Below are positions 46,676-61,260 of a DNA stretch of 64,000 nucleotides, piece after piece; the stretch's first letter is position 1; each line of letters begins with the position of its first letter. Made by a program: the position numbers and the translations under genes. The DNA lies in contig CAJIYN010000002.1 of the NCBI GenBank assembly GCA_905181645.1, positions 261,785-325,784 of the forward strand. Reading direction: 5' to 3'. This stretch comes from an uncultured SAR86 cluster bacterium. Lineage in GTDB: Bacteria; Pseudomonadota; Gammaproteobacteria; Magnimaribacterales; D2472. The notes under the pieces are model-generated. The model was not told where the DNA came from. It saw only the letters and a program-made list of their open reading frames with translations, and searched no databases.

Positions 46676-49322
46676 CTAAACTTCCCATGGATTTGGTTTA
46701 GTAGGATCAACTTTTAAGTCTTTATAAATTTCATCAAGTTGTTTTTTTGATATCGTAGATTCTTTATATAAAGTAAATGCTGTTAACCTGACGATATGAT
46801 TTGTATTGATTTCAAAAAATTCTCTAAGCTCTTCTCTTGTATCGCTTCTACCAAAACCATCAGTTCCAAGACATTATATTTAGCCTTGATGTAAGGCCTT
46901 ATTTGTTCAGCATATGATCTCATGTAGTCAGTTGAGGCTATCACTGGAATAGACTCACCATCAAAACACTCTTCTACATAAGATATTTTTTCTTCTAAAT
47001 CGGGGTTTAATTGATTGAAACGCTCAACTTCCATTCCGTCTTTTCTTAATAAGTTAAAACTTGTTGCGCTCCAAACCTCAGCATTAATTGAATATTTTTT
47101 AAGGACTTCTTGAGCTGCTATAGATTCTTTAAGAATAGCTCCTGATCCAAGCAAGCGAATTTGTGGATTAGTGCATGAACTTACTTTATACAAACCTTTT
47201 ATAACATCTTTCTCAATGCCTTTAGGTTGTTCAGGTTGTTCATAATTCTCATTGGTAACAGTGATGTAGTAATAATAATTTTGTTGCTCAACAAACATTT
47301 TTTGAATGCCATCCTTAATTATGACTGCAACTTCGTATGCATAAGCTGGATCATAAGATAAACAATTGGGAATTGTGGCTGAAAAAAGATGGCTGTGGCC
47401 ATCTTGATGCTGCAACCCCTTCTCCATTTAAAGTAGTTCTTCCTGAGGTTGCGCCAATAAGAAAACCTTTAGCTTGTGCATCACCAGCTGCCCAAGCTAG
47501 ATCCTACTCTTTGAAACCCAAACATTGAATAAAAAAGATAAATTGGAATCATAGGCAGATCATAATTCGAATAAGCAGTGGCTAAGGCAAGCCAAGCTGA
47601 AAATGAACCCGCCTCTGTAATTCCCTCTTCAAGCATTACGCCTTCTTTTGATTCTTTGTACCACATAACTTTATCAGCATCTTCAGGCTCATATTTTTGT
47701 CCTGCAGATGAATATAATACCTATTTGCTTAAATAAACCTTCCATTCCAAACGTTCGAGCCTCATCAGGGACTATAGGAACAATCCTTCACCTATATTTG
47801 AATCTTTTAATAAGCTTGTCATAAGCCTTACAGTGGCCATAGTAGTGGAAACCTTTCTATCCCCCATACCTTGAATAAGGGGTTCGAAATGCTTTTCATC
47901 AGGCATCTTGAGTTTCTTTATTTTATTTCTTCGTCTTGGTATGAATCCACCAAGTTTTTTACGAGTTTTTTTCATATAGACTATTTAGATCTAAGCCTCG
48001 ATTGATTGCAAATTCAGTCATTGATTCAATTTCATCATCATTAACTGGAATATCAAAGTTATCTCTAAATGCCTTTATATTTTCTAAAGAAAGTTTTTTG
48101 ACTTGGTGGGTAGTATTGTCAGCCTCTCTTGAGCCTATGCCATAACCTTTTGTAGTTAAAGCCAAAATAACTGTTGGTGCTCCTGAGGAATTAACAGCTT
48201 TATGATATGCAGCATAAACTTTATAAGGATCGTGGCCGCCTCTATTTAATTTATATATATCTTCGTCGGTAAGATCATCTACCATTTCTAAAACATCAGG
48301 ATTTTTTCCAAAGAAATTTTCTCTTGTGTAAGCTCCGCCTTTGGCTTTGTAATTTTGCAGTTCACCATCGACGACCTGATCCATTATTTCTTGGAGCTTC
48401 CCTTCTTTATCTTTCGCAAATAATGCATCCCATTTTCTACCCCATACAACCTTGATAACATTCCAGCCTGAGCCTCTAAAGCTTCCTTCTAATTCTTGAA
48501 TGATTTTTCCATTACCTCGGACTGGCCCATCTAGTCTTTGAAGATTACAATTAATTACAAAAATTAGATTTTCAAGCTTTTCACGTCCTGCCAGCCCGAT
48601 AGCTCCCTTGGATTCAGGCTCATCCATCTCACCATCACCACAAAAAACCCAAACTTTTCTATCATTTCTTGGGACAAGGCCTCTTGCAGACATATATCTC
48701 ATAATATGAGCTTGATAGATACCCATGATAGGACCAAGCCCCATAGAGACCGTAGGGAACTGCCAATAATCTGGCATTAGCCAAGGATGTGGATATGAAG
48801 AAAGCCATAACTACCAGCTTCTCTTCTAAAACAAGGTGTGAACCCCGTTAACTTTATAGAGAAATTCTCATCTGGCAACATTCCTGGAGAGCAGTGACCT
48901 TGATAATAAATAAGATCCTCTAGTTGCCCTTCAGAACCTCTAAAAAAATAATTAAAGCCAACATCATACAAAGTGGCAGCTGAAGCAAACGTACCAATGT
49001 GTCCACCTAATTCATCATCACCCTTATTTGCTCTTAAGACTAACGCTAATGCATTCCATCTAATTAAAGACCTAATGCGTCGTTCCATAAAAAGATCACC
49101 AGGCATAGCAGCTTCTTCGTTTGAGGGAATAGTATTTCTAAAAGGTGTTGTTAAGTTATATGAAGGAACTTCGCCTGCTGCAGTAAGTTTCTTCGCAAGC
49201 TCTGTAAGAAGATAAGAAGCTCTTTCTGGGCCGGCATTTTTAATAACAGAATCAATTGCTTCAGTCCATTCCTGCGTTTCGATGGAATCTATATCTTTAT
49301 TATCTTTATTATCTTTATTCAA
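46676..49322 (-). CDS. aceE: pyruvate dehydrogenase E1 component (at least 5 frame segments)
   Basis: [63 protein letters not shown]. The stop abuts the aceF ATG. Confidence 0.9.
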
Positions 49323-49405
49323 AAGTACTCCTTTTTAAAATACAAAATCATGGTAATTAATATGTCATTAATTATAATACTTTTAAAATTTAATATTAAA
49401 AAATT

Positions 49406-49893
49406 ATGTCAGACATTTCATCAAGAGTTAAAATAGTATTTTGCCTGGGTTAAAAATAACTGAAGAGATGTTTTGGTCTTAATGGTCATATGAATGTTCT
49501 TTATTATAATCAAATAATGTTTTGCTTTTGGAAATTTTTTCATCAATTGATTTTGATTTTTCTGATGAGTATTTTGATTCAGGATTCTCATCCTTTACCT
49601 TAGAAGATAACTATAGATATATGAAAGAATGTCTATTGGGAGAAAAAATACTACCCAGATACAGGCTGCATAATGTTAATAAAAAGCTTATTCATATAGC
49701 TGGAGTTTTAACTAACGAAAGTGGAGATGTATGCGCATTGTATGAAACTGTTCTTGGACATATTGATATGAAGTCTAGAAAAACTTCAGAGATGCAAAAT
49801 GATTTTCTAAACAACCTACTTTTAATCATGAAAGACAATACCAAGCATCCAATTAATATGGAGCTTAGGCTTAAAATAAAAGATCTTACATAA
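49406..49893 (+). CDS. hotdog-fold acyl-CoA thioesterase-like protein (frameshifted N-terminus)
   Basis: MSDISSRVKIV.. start. ..FGLNGHMNVLYYNQI.. lies in a second frame and ORF 49522-49893 in a third. Confidence 0.5.
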
Positions 49894-49919
49894 AAAAGCC
49901 CGACATAAGCCGAGCTTTT
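49893..49919. terminator. possible bidirectional hairpin terminator
   Basis: AAAAAGCCCGAC-ATAA-GCCGAGCTTTT, 9 of 11 positions paired, A/T runs on both sides, between convergent genes. Confidence 0.35.
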
Positions 49920-49937
49920 AATTTATCTAATTTTAAT

Positions 49938-52710
49938 TTAGAAATTCAATCCAAACTTGATTCCATAAGTTCTAGGATTAGCAAATGTGATATGAAACCC
50001 ATACTCATCTTCCTTTTCCTCTTTGGAGTAAATCTTTTATCAGCTATATTCGTGATAAAACCACCAACATACCATTCTTCAGATGCAGGTGTGAATGTAG
50101 CTAATATATCCATATATTGTGCTTCAGGAAGTTTAAATCTAGCAGAATTAAAGAGATCTCCTTCTCTTTCACCTTTATGAACATATGTTAATTTAACGTC
50201 TGTTACACCACCTGATGTAGGGAATCTTTGTGAGATTGATAAGTTATAATCAAGATCAGATACCAAAGGAACTTTATTGCCTTCAAGTTGCTGCATAGCA
50301 TCACTTGAGAAGCCAGCTAATGTTTGAACATCTCCTTGAAGATTATAAATAATACCAGCGTCTGTTAAGCCCCATTGCACCAGTGATGCGTATGAACCAA
50401 AAGCATTTCCAACAGCTGCTGCTGTTCCAGCTGCTGTAGCTGCATCCATACCAGTTGCTTGAAGAATTCCTGCTAAAGCAGCATTACCAAAACCAGAACC
50501 TAGTATTTGAGTCGCTCCATTTGGATTATTTGGATCTCTTGCAAAACCTTTGCCCATTGCTGAATCAGAGGCTAAGAAATTGAAATCAAGTTGAGTATTA
50601 TCAGTTATAAAGAATTTCATTTGACCTTCAAAACCTTTGTTCATATAGTCAAAAGTTCTATTAACAACACCAGCTCTTTCAAGCTGACCATATTGACCAT
50701 TAGTAACATCAAATTCAAAGTAAGTAGCATTTATAAGCAATCTTCCGTCCATTAGAATATTTCTAGTTCCAATTTCTGTATTGACAGACTCTTCTTCACC
50801 GTAAGGTAAATTTACACCTAGCTCATTTGGAGATGTTCCACCAGCTTTTAGACCAGTTGTATAAGATGCATAAACCATGCTGTTATCATTAATAAAATGC
50901 TGAATAGCCATTTTGTATGTAAAAGCACTATTTTCAGATTGCTCTCTAGTTTGACCAGCATTATTTCTGCTGTATGTAGGGTTATATACATAATTAGGAT
51001 TAGTTGCATCACTTAGAGTACTAAATATAGTACTTTCATAAGTATCGTCGTTATATCTCATACCTAAAGTTAATTTAGTAGCATCATTGATGTCATAGTA
51101 GTACTCACCAAATAAAGCATTTGATTTAACTTTTGAATTTTGACTTGTGATTAATCCACCTAATTCATTTGGAAGAGTTCTATCACATAATCCACCATAA
51201 GCAGCACATGTGCCTAAAGTATTTTGAGTGATTAATCCTAAAGCAGCCGGAATTCCAATCGCAGGAATTGCAGGAGCTACAGCACCAAACACTCCACCGA
51301 ATACTGACCAAAATGCTATTCCGCCTTTACCATTCAAAGCTCCACCAAATAGAGAAGCGCTGTAAGGGTGAAGATCAAAAGATCTTAGCATTTGATAACC
51401 AGCAGTTTGAAGGATGTAGTTATTAGCATTATCATTTTCTCTCATATAAAGACCAGCAGTAAAGTTATGTGGCCCATCAAAATCTGAGATTAAATTAATT
51501 TCTGATTGTCTATTAATGTCATAGTCTTGTGAGCATTCTACAGACTCTGAACTATCAACCATTGCAGCATTAAAACACTGGAATTGAAGTTCCATTGCAG
51601 GTACAGGACCTAAAGCCATAGAAAATGTTTCACTTGCAAACGAATGATCTTGATCATCTGTATGCTGATAGTCTCTTACTGAATAAGAATATTTAGCTTT
51701 TAAAGTTATATCATTGATTTGTTTTATTGTACTCAATCTGAGAATTTTGAACAACCATTTGTCTATCTGGATCATGGTTTTTATTAACCCTATCAAGAGT
51801 TGCGAACTTTGTAGTATTTGCATAAGAATCAAAGCTAGATGATGGTCTTAAAAACGTTAGAGAATCAATAAATCCAATAATAGTTCCAGCTTCATGCGCT
51901 ACTTCACCTAATTGACCTTTTGCAAAAGGTGTGCATCATCCATTGCTATTACCACCAATATTCATTCTGTTGTCATCTGAAGAGTACTCAGCAGTATTAA
52001 AACGAATTCCGCTAGTATCAAGGAAGATCAACATCAACTGAAAGACGCACACCATAAGCATCTCTTCCATCAATATCATTACCAGTCCCTATGTTTTTTA
52101 CCCATCCGTCTTTAACAAAAGAACCATAAGCAAGTCTTGTTCTTACATTGTCACCAAATGGCATATTTAGAGCTGTAGTAACTCTATTGGATCCATAGTT
52201 ACCCATTTCAAAATTTTTATATCCACCAACTTCAGCTTCAGGTCTTGCAGTTACTAGATTAATAAGTCCGCCAACAACGTTTCTTCCATAAAGAGTACCT
52301 TGAGGTCCTGCAAGAATATTAACTTGCTCAACATCAAAGAAACCAATTTCACCAAAAGCACTTCCTGCTAATGTATGGCCATTAATAGCTGTTTGAACAG
52401 AAGTAGCAGTTCCTGCACCAACCGCAGCACTAGAAGCTCCTCTTATAGTATATAAAGATCCTGAGCCAAGAACGTTCTGGTATGAAAAACCTGGAACTAA
52501 TTCAGCTAAATCCTGAACTTCAGTTACTTGAGCATCAGCTAAAACATCTGCTGAAAGAGCTTGAACTGAAAGCGCGACATCCTGCACTGACTCAGCTTTT
52601 CTTGTAGCTGTTGTAACAACCTCTTCTATTTCTTGAGCGAAAAGATTTGTCGGTGTTAATAAAAAGATTGATGCTGTAGCACCCATTAAATATCTTAATG
52701 ATATGTTCAT
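49938..52710 (-). CDS. TonB-dependent receptor (frameshifts near 51830-52020)
   Basis: Signal peptide ending FAQEIEEVVTTATRK, plug domain motifs (GPQGTLYGRN), and a C-terminal beta-barrel ending ..ANPRTYGIKFGLNF in a shifted frame. Confidence 0.85.
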
Positions 52711-52821
52711 ACTTGGTTTTCCCTTTGTGTATATAAAAATTATCGCTATATTCTCATAAAAAGAGCTCTTAGTCATAATAAAATAGATTTAAATTTTAGG
52801 TATAAAAGATAGGTTTAAAAA

Positions 52822-53034
52822 CTACACTAATGGGTCATATCCGTTTTTGCTCCAAGGGTGGCACCTTGAAACTCTTTTAATACTTAACCAGCTGCCTTTT
52901 AAAGGGCCGTACTTATCTATAGCTTGAATTGAATACTCTGAACATGTTGGGGTGAATCTGCAACTTGGTCCTGTTAAAGGAGATATAAGATACTGATAAG
53001 CTTTAACAAGCTTTATAAAAAAACCTTTAATCAT
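52822..53034 (-). CDS. yidD: membrane protein insertion efficiency factor YidD
   Basis: Intact 70 aa. YQYLISP...[23 protein letters not shown]...RCHPW. Confidence 0.9.
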   Translation of the reverse strand: MIKGFFIKLVKAYQYLISPLTGPSCRFTPTCSEYSIQAIDKYGPLKGSWLSIKRVSRCHPWSKNGYDPLV

Positions 53035-53042
53035 TGTAATTG

Positions 53043-54981
53043 CTATTGACTACTAGGCGATTTGGACTCATTTGAAATTTCATCAACGATAGTTTCTAGA
53101 TTATAGGAAATATTTTTATCACTTCCAAGACGTCTTACTGAAAGACTTCTTTCCTCAGCCTCTTTTTTTCCTATGACCATAATAACTGGAACCTTTGCTG
53201 CACTATGCTCTCTAACTTTATAACTAATTTTTTCATTTCTTTTATCAGTTTCTACTCTTACGCCTTGCGCTTTTAATAGTTCAGCGACTTCATCTACATA
53301 AGAATCAACATCAGATATTATTGAAGCTATAACAACTTGGCGTGGCGCAAGCCATAAAGGTAACCTACCTGAATAGTTTTCAATTAAAACACCAATAAAG
53401 CGCTCAAAAGATCCCAGAATTGCTCTATGTATCATTACAGGTTGATGTTTTGAGCCATCCTCACCTATATATTCAGCATCTAATCTATCTGGTAGATTGA
53501 AATCTGCTTGAAAAGTACCACATTGCCATTCGCGACCTATAGCATCAGTTAAAACAAAGTCGAGCTTTGGTCCGTAAAAAGCACCATCCCCTTCTTCTAG
53601 GGTATAAGGAAGACTGAGTTTCTTAATTGCATTCTCTAATGCTGCTTCAGCTTTATCCCAAACCGCATCAGAACCAACTCTCACTTCGGGTCTTGTAGAT
53701 AACTTAATAGAGAAGTCTGCAAAACCTAAGTCTTGATAAATGCTTGATAGAAGTTTTATGAATATGGCTGTCTCTGATTCAATTTGAGATTCAGTGCAAA
53801 ATATGTGGCCATCATCTTGAGTAAATCCTCTAACTCTTGTAATCCGTGCATAGTTCCTGATGCTTCATATCTATGACATGAACCAAATTCAGTTATTCTT
53901 AAAGGTAGATCTCTATAGCTTTTTAAGCCCTTGATTATAAATTTGAACATGGCATGGGCAATTCATTGGCTTAAGAGCATTTACTCTTTTTTCATTGGCA
54001 TGCTCTTCATCTATTTCAGTGATAAACATATTCTCTCTATACTTATCCCAATGACCTGATGCCTCCCAAAGTTTTCTATCAACGACTTGAGGTGTTTTAA
54101 TTTCTTGATAGCCATATTCTGCAGCATCAGGACAAGCTCCTCTTTCGTCTGCTAAATCTTTATAGTCCAACCATTTGGATGCCAGAAAACCATGCCAGGT
54201 GCTTCCTCTTGAAAATGGAATAAGTCCATTTCTTTTCCCTAGTTTTCTATGATCGCGTTTTTCAGCCTCTTCTAGCCTAAGAAGATAAGCATTTAATTCT
54301 TTATCTGATTTCCATGCAGTTCCATAGACTCTAGTCAACATCTCATTATCTGAATTACCACGCCAATAAGCTCCAGCTACCTTAGTAAGTTTGAAAGCGC
54401 CTATATGCTTTAAATTAGGTAAATGTGGCCCTCTGCACAAATCAATGAAGTCTGATTCGCCTTGCTGATATATTTGAAAATTATCTTCTTGGTCTGAGTC
54501 ATTAATAATGTCTACTTTATAACCTTCTTGTTTTGCCTTAAAAGTCTTTATAGCTTCTTTCTTTGTATTTAAAGATTTACTAATCGAATCACCTAAAGCA
54601 ATAATATTACGCATTTCGTTCTCAATTTTAGGCAAGTCATCAGATGAGATAGCTTTTTCAGTTAAGAAATCATAATAAAAACCATCATCAATGGTTGGTC
54701 CGATAGCTAGCTTTGAATTTGGATATAGGTTTTTAATTGCTCTTGCTAAAACTTGAGCAGTTAAGGTGTGACGCATTATTTCTAATCCCTCATTGGAATC
54801 TATAGTTACTATAGATACTTTTGAGTCATCAGTAATGGGGTCACATAAATCTCTTTGAGCGGTAATGATTACCGCTAATCTGCCTGCTTTTGCTAAACCT
54901 GGTCAGCGTATTGATGTCACCATAACCAGTTGAACCCTTTTCTAGTTCACGAATACTTCCATCTGGCAGTGTAATGTTCAT
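53043..54981 (-). CDS. thrS: threonine--tRNA ligase (4 frame segments)
   Basis: [12 protein letters not shown] (TGS domain), [16 protein letters not shown], class II motifs ([21 protein letters not shown]), anticodon-binding C-terminus. Confidence 0.9.
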
Positions 54982-54991
54982 ATCGATAATA

Positions 54992-56833
54992 TTATATAGG
55001 TAAATACACAACTGTATTAGTTGAAAGTATCATTATAAAAACTAATGTTGTCACCATAGGCCCAAGATAAACTCTGCCCGTCATATAAAAAAAATATCTA
55101 TTAAAGTAAGGAAGGATGAACATCATAGGAACAATAGCAAATAGTAAATTTACGCTTAGCCAGTTTGTTGTCCAAAAGACAGTCCCAGTTTTTGCAAAAG
55201 TTACATATTGAATAATTATTATTAAAAATAAGCCCAATGAATTTGCAATACCTGCAATGAGCATCGATTTCCATTCTGGTTGCCCTTCTATTCTCATTGC
55301 ACCGTTGACTCTTAGTGAATTAGAAAAAAAGAAAATAAAGAATAACGGAGCATACATTGCTAATACTAATAACATTTCGGGCTGGAATATTCTTACACCC
55401 ATAAACCAAAATCTATAATATCAAAAAATAGAATAAATAAAAAATAAAAATATGTAGTAAATACTAAAAACTAAAATAGATAAGGCTAATGTTTTTATTA
55501 TGTACTTAAAATCTGCAGCTAATCCCCATGATGAAGATACAACACCATGTTTTTTTCCAAAGAGTTGGTAAGAAAGTGTAAATAGAATTAAACCTACAAT
55601 GCCATTAAAAGAAGCCCATAACATAACTGAATTGTTCATACGCTGAGGGAAGAACCATGTCATTTCTCGGCTTGCAGCTGCCTGAAAAATACTCTTTGCA
55701 GCATCGACCATCGGTATATAAGACAAGCAAGCTATAGACGCTCCTAAGAAAAATATTAACCAGAAGACTACTTTTGAATTTCTGGTTTGAACTGGAAGAG
55801 GCTTTGGAATATCTTTGACCAAGGAGCTAAATGGTTTAAGAGATAATAAAACCCTCGATAAAGGCAGAAGCATTATCATGGCAGTAATCATGGATATTAA
55901 AGTCATTAACTCTTTGAATTGCCAAATCTGATTAGAAGAATCTATATTTGACTTAAGATCAAAGACTTTTTCAAAGTACTCTATTTGATTTGCAGTAGCT
56001 ATATTGTTGTATGGTTGAAAAGGATGAATTAATTCTTCAGCTATATTGTCACACAATATATTGTAGTGCTCTTGAGATATTATAGGTTTGTTAACCTCTT
56101 TAAGATCTTGCTTAGCTTTATTAATTCCCCAATTAATAACTCTTAACGATTCAGGAGCAATCTTCATATTTGATGCATCCCAACCATTTAATTCATTTCT
56201 AAAAGCTCCTTCATCATACAAAGCGTAGCTAACGCCTACATTGGAACGAATATCCTTAAGAACCTTATCTTGCAGAGTTAAAACATACCCAGATACAAAA
56301 ACAGAATGAAGTTTACTTAGCTCATTATTGTTTATAGCCTCTTTGCCAAAATAATTTGCTCCCCTAATAGCAGCATTGCCACCCATAGAGTGACCAGTAG
56401 ATGCAATTTTACTAGTATCTATATAATTTAAAAAATTTCCAGAATGCGCTTGTTCAACTAAGTGAAACATTCCATAACCCTCGGTGGTTGCTGATCGTTT
56501 GCTTCTTGAGGAACTAGAAAGACCCTGTGCATAGGGATCAATAAGAGCTATAACCATACCTCTTCGAGATAATTCTATTGCAATATTTGATAAAGCTTCT
56601 TTTGATCTTTGGAATCCAGGTACCACCACTACAAAAGGAAGTTTATTTTCTTCAGTTGCAAGATTGGGTTTGTATAAATCAAAAACTAAATGTTGCCCTT
56701 TTTGGGTAGACAATTTTACTGAATTAACTTCTACGCGACCAAAGTCTGATTGAATTAATGAGGCAATTAAGCTGCACGTCAATATGATGAAGAAGCAGGT
56801 AAAAAGAAATCTTGTATTTGAATATTGTTTCAT
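54992..56833 (-). CDS. alpha/beta-hydrolase fused to a polytopic membrane domain (one frameshift near 55410)
   Basis: N-terminal TM, nucleophile elbow GHSMGG, then about 8 TM helices in the C-terminal 270 aa. Confidence 0.6.
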
Positions 56834-56911
56834 TTTATTTGTAGTTTATTTTACTTGAATTCATGAATACGCACTGCTAGTCTTAGTTAATTATATTATT
56901 TAGGAGACATT

Positions 56912-57286
56912 ATGGAAGTTTATATTATCTTAGCTTTGGTTCTAGCACTACTACAAATTTGGATTATTCCAATGGTACTAAATCTAGATAATTTTGATTG
57001 GTTGCTCTCAAATAGAGAAGAGCAGCTTGAGGACTCACCAGTTCTTGTGAGGTCTAGAAAAGCTTATGCAAATCTTTTAGAGAGCTTGCCTGCTTTTTTA
57101 GCTTTAGCTCTTCTATCAATGATAAAAGGAATTGATGTAACAGATATGGCTTGTTGGTGGTTGGTCTTTAGAGGGGTTCATGGTATTTCATATATGGCAG
57201 GAGCAACCTACATGAGAACGCTTTCTTGGTTTGGAGCTTTAGGAGCACTTATAGGTATGGCAGTCCAAATTATTCAATTCTCATAA
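56912..57286 (+). CDS. MAPEG-family membrane protein
   Basis: Intact 124 aa, 3-4 TM, RKAYANLLESLPAFLAL loop motif. Confidence 0.5.
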   Translation: MEVYIILALVLALLQIWIIPMVLNLDNFDWLLSNREEQLEDSPVLVRSRKAYANLLESLPAFLALALLSMIKGIDVTDMACWWLVFRGVHGISYMAGATYMRTLSWFGALGALIGMAVQIIQFS

Positions 57287-57300
57287 GAGATATGTACTTA

Positions 57301-57327
57301 AAAGGCACCTCTAGGGTGCCTTTTTTA
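57301..57327 (+). terminator. rho-independent terminator
   Basis: AAAGGCACC-TCTA-GGGTGCCTTTTTT immediately after the MAPEG stop. Confidence 0.8.
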
Positions 57328-57444
57328 TATCTAATGGGTTTATTTATTGGCATGTAAATTGCATCTATACATGTGTACGTTGAGCATTTAGAATATATAA
57401 TAGACATTAGTATTTTGTGTATACATCATTTTTTGGAGAAACAA

Positions 57445-59815
57445 ATGAATAAATTAAACACTAGCCTAGCGCTGCTATTTGTAACTATTTCTGGAGTAAG
57501 TTTTGCTCAGGAAGTAGAAGAAATAATAGTGACAGCTAATAAGAGTGAACAAACAGTTCAAGAAATACCTATGAATATCTCAGTGATTACAGCTGGAGAT
57601 ATTGAAGATAGAGGCATTTCAAATCCTGAGGATTACTTGAGGACCCTTGCTGGCGTTTCAACGCCTGGAGGAGATTCATTTTTTATTATTAGAGGCTTAA
57701 ATACCTTCAGCTGCTCAAAGAAGTTCTGGAACAACCAATGTCTATACCGATGAAGTTAACATGGCCATGGTTAATATTTTTGATGTTGAGAGAATTGAGT
57801 TACTTGCAGGCCCTCAAGGTACCCTTTATGGATCTAATGCAATAGGTGGAACATTGAGATATATAACTAAAAAACCAGATCCTTCTGGTTTCGATGCTTC
57901 GGTTGAAATGATTGCTGGTAGTAAAAAATTTACTTCCAAGGCTATAAAAAATCTTAACGCAATGGTTAATATTCCATTAGCGGATAATTTAGCTATGAGA
58001 GTTATTTCTACTTCATCTTTTGATGCTTGTATTTATCAAAATGTTATGACTGGTAATAAGTCTGTTGGTGATGAGAAAGATGATCAAACAAGTGCCACTT
58101 TAGGGTTATATGGATGGCCCTCTTAGTGTCATGGTTAGGTACAGTGAAAAATCAAGAAAAGATAATGGTGTTCAGGAGACAGGAAACTCTTCCAAACCTG
58201 GCTCAGCAGATGTTTATGACCCAAATTGCACTTCAGATCTTTCTTATTGGTATAATTTTGATGGCTTGCCTAATTGTTCAAGAGTAGCTTCAATAGCAGC
58301 ATCCCTTGGAGTTGATACATCTAGCTATAATCCACTTTTATGGTTTGCAGATGCAGCTGATGAAGTTGGAATGACTGATATGAGTATGCTTGCAACAACA
58401 ATAACTTATGACTTTGATATGTTTTCTGCAACATTAGTTAAATCAAGCTCTGAGACAGATGTATTTGAAAAAACTGAATGGGGAAGAATAGATATGGATG
58501 ATCTTTATAGCGCTCCGCTATATAACGTTTCAACTGATGAAAGAGATACAACCGAAATTAGAATTTCTTCTAATCCTGGAACTTTAGAGTGGGTTATTGG
58601 TTATTATAAAGATGAACAAAGAGGTCTTCCTGGCAATAGACAAGATCAATTTGGAACATCACCTGAAGCATATGACTATATTGCAAATATAATTATGGGC
58701 TGGACTGGGTCATCGCCTACTGAATATCTGCCTTGGCAAAATTATAATCCTGGCTATCCAGGTTGGGATAACTCGAGGTTATATTATGGTTTTTATAGTT
58801 ATGGTAATTATGCAGATGAAGAAGCTATTTTTGGTCAAATTACCTACAACATGGATAAATTCGAATTTACAGCAGGAATAAGGGACTATGAACTTTCTGA
58901 TGGATTTAAATCAGAAAACTATGGTGTATTTTATGGTGGTGAATATGCTTGTGATGATCCAGATCAAACAGGGCCTGACGGTATTTCATGTGGTGAAGAG
59001 TCAGGATCTGAATCAGACTCAAGACCTAAATTTACAGCTAGCTATATGCCAAATGATGATCTAACATTCTTTGCAGTCAGTTCAGCTGGGTATAGAACAG
59101 GTGGAAATAATGCTGCCTTGCCTTATTTTTGTGCGGAAGATCCAGAGGCTGCCGCTTCATTCAATAGAAGATATACTTCTGACAAAGCTGAAAATACTGA
59201 ATTTGGTGTTAAGGCTAGAGGAGATGGTTTTTCTATAAATGCTACATATTTCCATATTGATTGGACCGACATTCAGATTATTTGGCATCGTATGGATTGG
59301 ATGGAGTTACTACTTTAAGTCCAGGAACATGGGCATAAAAAGATTCAAAGCTTTGCGAATCTTATGCCTTGGCTGATAATTTATATCTAGACTTCACTGG
59401 AAGCTCAATGACAGCTGAAACAAATACTGATATTGAGAGCTTGGGTGCATCTAAAGGAGACAGACTCCCTAATACAGTAGAAAAACAATACAACATAGGC
59501 CTTACCTACGAATATTCTTCACCATTAATGGGGTTAGCTTCTTTTGTAAGAGCTGATTATCTTTATTATGGCGATAGTTTTGCTACTTTTGAGCAAAGTG
59601 AAAGTATGTTTTCACCTGACTACACAAAAATTAATATTAACTGGGGTATGCAAATAGATGAGAATAATAGCATTCAATTATCTATAGATAATGCAACTGA
59701 CGAAAGGACTGAAGCATTTAAATATTCAGTAAGCTCGCCTAGTTGGAGACCTAGAGATTATATGCAATGGATACCACCAAGAAGTGTTACTTTTACTTAT
59801 AGATATAATTACTAA
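57445..59815 (+). CDS. TonB-dependent receptor (4-5 frame segments)
   Basis: Signal ending SFAQEVEEIIVTANK, plug (IRGLNT, AGPQGTLYGSNAIGG), barrel ending ..PRSVTFTYRYNY. Confidence 0.85.
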
Positions 59816-59832
59816 GGAGTTGTTTTGATTTT

Positions 59833-59860
59833 AAATGCCGGCGCTAGCCGGCATTTTTTT
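59833..59860. terminator. bidirectional rho-independent terminator
   Basis: AAATGCCGGC-GCTA-GCCGGCATTTTTTT between the convergent TonB-dependent receptor and cysS. Confidence 0.8.
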
Positions 59861-59865
59861 GCCTA

Positions 59866-61260
59866 TTAAATACTTTTCCAGATAGTTCCAGAAGATGTAT
59901 CTTCTATGTCTATTCCCATTGAGCTTAATTCATCCCTTATTGAATCAGCTAATTTAAAATCCTTATTAGCTCGAGCTTTATTTCTAGATTCAATTAGTTT
60001 TTCTATAACAATTCTTCGATAGTATTTTTAGTTATGCCGATTTTTAGCCAGCTACTTGGGTCTTCTTGAAGTATCCCCAATATATTTCCGGAGGATAAAA
60101 GACTGATCTTGATATTCTTCTTTTCATCATCTGTTTTATTAGAAATATCACCAAGCAAGGTATTTAATTCCATCAAAACTTTTGGTGTATTAAGGTCATC
60201 ACAAAGGGCTTCAATAATTTTCTTTGGGGGATTTTTTAAATCATCTTCATTTGGTTCTATACCCTCAAGATCTCTAAGTACTCTATAAATTTTATCTAGT
60301 AATTTTTTTGCTTGATGAAGAATTCCATCGTTCCAATCAAGACCTTGTCTGTAATGAGATGATAAGAGAGCAAGCCTTATAACTTCGCCAGGATAATCCT
60401 TTATGAGATCATCAACTAATAAAATATTATTTAAAGACTTAGACATTTTTTCTTATGATACAATTAAAACAGGTAAAGGTCCAGTAATTAGAATAAGAGT
60501 TAGGATTCTCTATATCAGCACTAGAGCAGCAGCTTTGTGCAATTTCATTTTCATGATGAGGAAAAGTAAGGTCTCTTCCTCCACCATGGATATCAAAAGG
60601 TAGTCCCAGTGTTTTCTCAGACATTGCTGAACATTCTGTATGCCAACCAGGTCTTCCAAAACCCCAAGGTGAATCCCAACCAGGTTGATCTTTTGAGCTA
60701 GGCTTCCAAAGTACAAAATCTGCAGGATCTTTTTTAAATGGAGCAATTTCAACTCTACTTCCGGCTATTTGCTCATCCCTGTTTCTATTTGATAAGAGTC
60801 CATAATTTGGATATGAAAGAACATCGAAAAGAACATGCCCTTCTCTCTCATATGCATGATCTTTATTTATTAAGTCTGAGATTAATTCAATCATTTCTGG
60901 AATATATTCAGTTGCTTTGGGCTGAATATCTGGAATTAAGACTCCAAGTTTTGCCATATCGGTATTATAAATATCCGCATACTTCTCAGTAATATCTTTA
61001 AAAGGAACATTCAGTGTATTTGCAGCATCAATAATTTTATCGTCTATATCAGTAATATTTGATACATAGGTTACCTTTGGATATAAATATCTAAGCAGCC
61101 TCACAAGATTATCAAAGACTACTGCCATTCTGGCATTACCTATATGAGCAAAATTATAAACAGTTGGCCCACATGCATAAATTTTTATGTGTTCAGGGTT
61201 TAAAGGATTGAACTCCTCTTTTTTACCAGAAAGAGTATTATGTATTTTTAAAGACTGCAC
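59866..61260 (-). CDS. cysS: cysteine--tRNA ligase (3 frame segments; probable GTG start)
   Basis: [30 protein letters not shown] (HIGH), KMSKSLNN. The C-terminal ..[37 protein letters not shown] lies in a shifted frame beyond the annotated ORF. Confidence 0.9.

Noticed and set aside
52711-52821. Fur box or riboswitch upstream of the TonB-dependent receptors (also 57328-57444, including the CATGTA-N11-TACATG dyad at 57351-57373)
   Set aside because: Only partial GATAAT-like matches appear. The leaders are too short for a cobalamin or TPP riboswitch, and the dyad is short enough to arise by chance in AT-rich DNA.
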